In this document: in pieces, positions 63,000 through 64,000 of the stretch
How the letters are laid out: every line of letters begins with the position of its first letter
How positions within the stretch are numbered: position 1 is the stretch's first letter
Origin: Octopus sinensis
Lineage: Eukaryota
Direction of reading: 5' to 3'
NCBI RefSeq assembly: GCF_006345805.1
Contig: NC_042997.1
Span: 150,722,001-150,786,000 of the forward strand
DNA length: 64,000 nucleotides
Translations under genes and position numbers: made by a program
The notes under the pieces: model-generated
Seen by the model: only the letters and a program-made list of their open reading frames with translations
Told to the model about the DNA's origin: nothing
The model's database searches: none

Positions 63000-63880
63000 T
63001 GACAATGTAGAGAGAAAGTTTACAGATCCATTATATTCACACCACCAAAATTATCACAAGGTATTTGAACAACTGAAGTTTGATCTTAAAGTAGCAGCAA
63101 TAAATGACATACTGATAGGAGATTGATCAACCGTGATGAACAACCATAAAGACGTGCAGCTATATGGCAATATTTCCGCGAAATGGATATCCTATATACA
63201 AATAAAGATTATGTTTGGAATTGATGCACAAATCTATCGAGAATGTAATAGTGGGAGCAATAAAATTTACGATACGATAAAGGAAGAGGCTTTCGCCATA
63301 AGATATATCGAATGGAATATCTGCAGCTCCTACTATACAGATGATAAATGTGTGTTATTGTTGACTGTTTGAAGCATTTCCTGAGACAATGCACAACGTT
63401 GTATCAGGATGTCCTGTTCGATCTCCCACTTAACTTACTGAAGGGAAAACAACTGTAATGCCACTCTAAGTACGCCTACCCACCAAATTACAACTGTTTC
63501 AAGAAAATTGTGTTAATTAGAAGAACCTCAGCCCATCTAATTCAGTTTTAAAATACGATAAGGCTCGATCATAATGCAGTTGAGCAAGACGTACATAACA
63601 GTCCTGCTATCATTTACTATGAAATTAAACAGGACAATGCCATATTCTTGACACCACAATACCTACTGTCTATAAATTTGCGATGAAATGAGCGGTAAAT
63701 CTACGTTGCTGAAACATGTAGCCGTTAAACTAGATACGTTATGGTAGCTACGTACTGTATCTAACATTTTATTTATAGTTGGTACTAGAGAAGGATACAA
63801 CGAATATTCTGTAGATATAGTCATATAGGCCCTCAATTATAGATTCTGTAGATGTCCAGAAAATATAGTAAGACCTGTAA
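63000..63880 (+). mobile_element. Old R4/Dong-like LINE 3' remnant
   Basis: QLYGNI, DDKC..ETMHNVVSGC (CCHC-like) and HNSPAII (resembling HNRPDI). Preceded by (TAA)n. Confidence 0.5.
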
Positions 63881-64000
63881 TCATTCTTTGGTTTTTCTCG
63901 GAGAGCCATATTTAAAGAATGTGATTGTTGCTGAACATATCTTGTGACTGAACATTTTTCTTTTACTGAAATCTATTTTTATAAACATTGAACTCTTTGT

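Overview
AT-rich eukaryotic non-coding DNA, probably intronic or intergenic. The repeat families look like those I recall from Octopus (coleoid cephalopod) genomes; this is an inference, not a database result. I found no host-gene exon I can support, and nearly all ORFs in the track are microsatellite or antisense noise. The window is a mosaic of decayed mobile elements: R4/Dong-type RLE LINEs, Penelope-like elements (PLEs) of two lineages, CR1, RTE and possibly Tx1/L1 LINE remnants, Tc1, mariner, maT and pogo transposon remnants, tRNA-derived SINEs and several fold-back MITE-like elements, all among (TA)n, (TG)n, (GA)n, (TAA)n and (CAT)n arrays. The main signal is a set of type-I hammerhead ribozymes (HHRs) from at least three unrelated-looking repeat families. 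(i) An HHR at 51493-51555 lies in a 493-nt unit with a 79-nt terminal redundancy, inserted in (TA)n, which resembles a retrozyme or rolling-circle product. (ii) An apparently intact HHR with a long helix II lies on the minus strand at 52334-52420. (iii) A minimal HHR sits in the PLE pseudo-LTR at 33569-33613, downstream of a tRNA-like Pol III head. A decayed fourth candidate with a branched helix II lies at 57929-58043. All structures were folded by eye and none has been tested. Boundaries of decayed elements are approximate.
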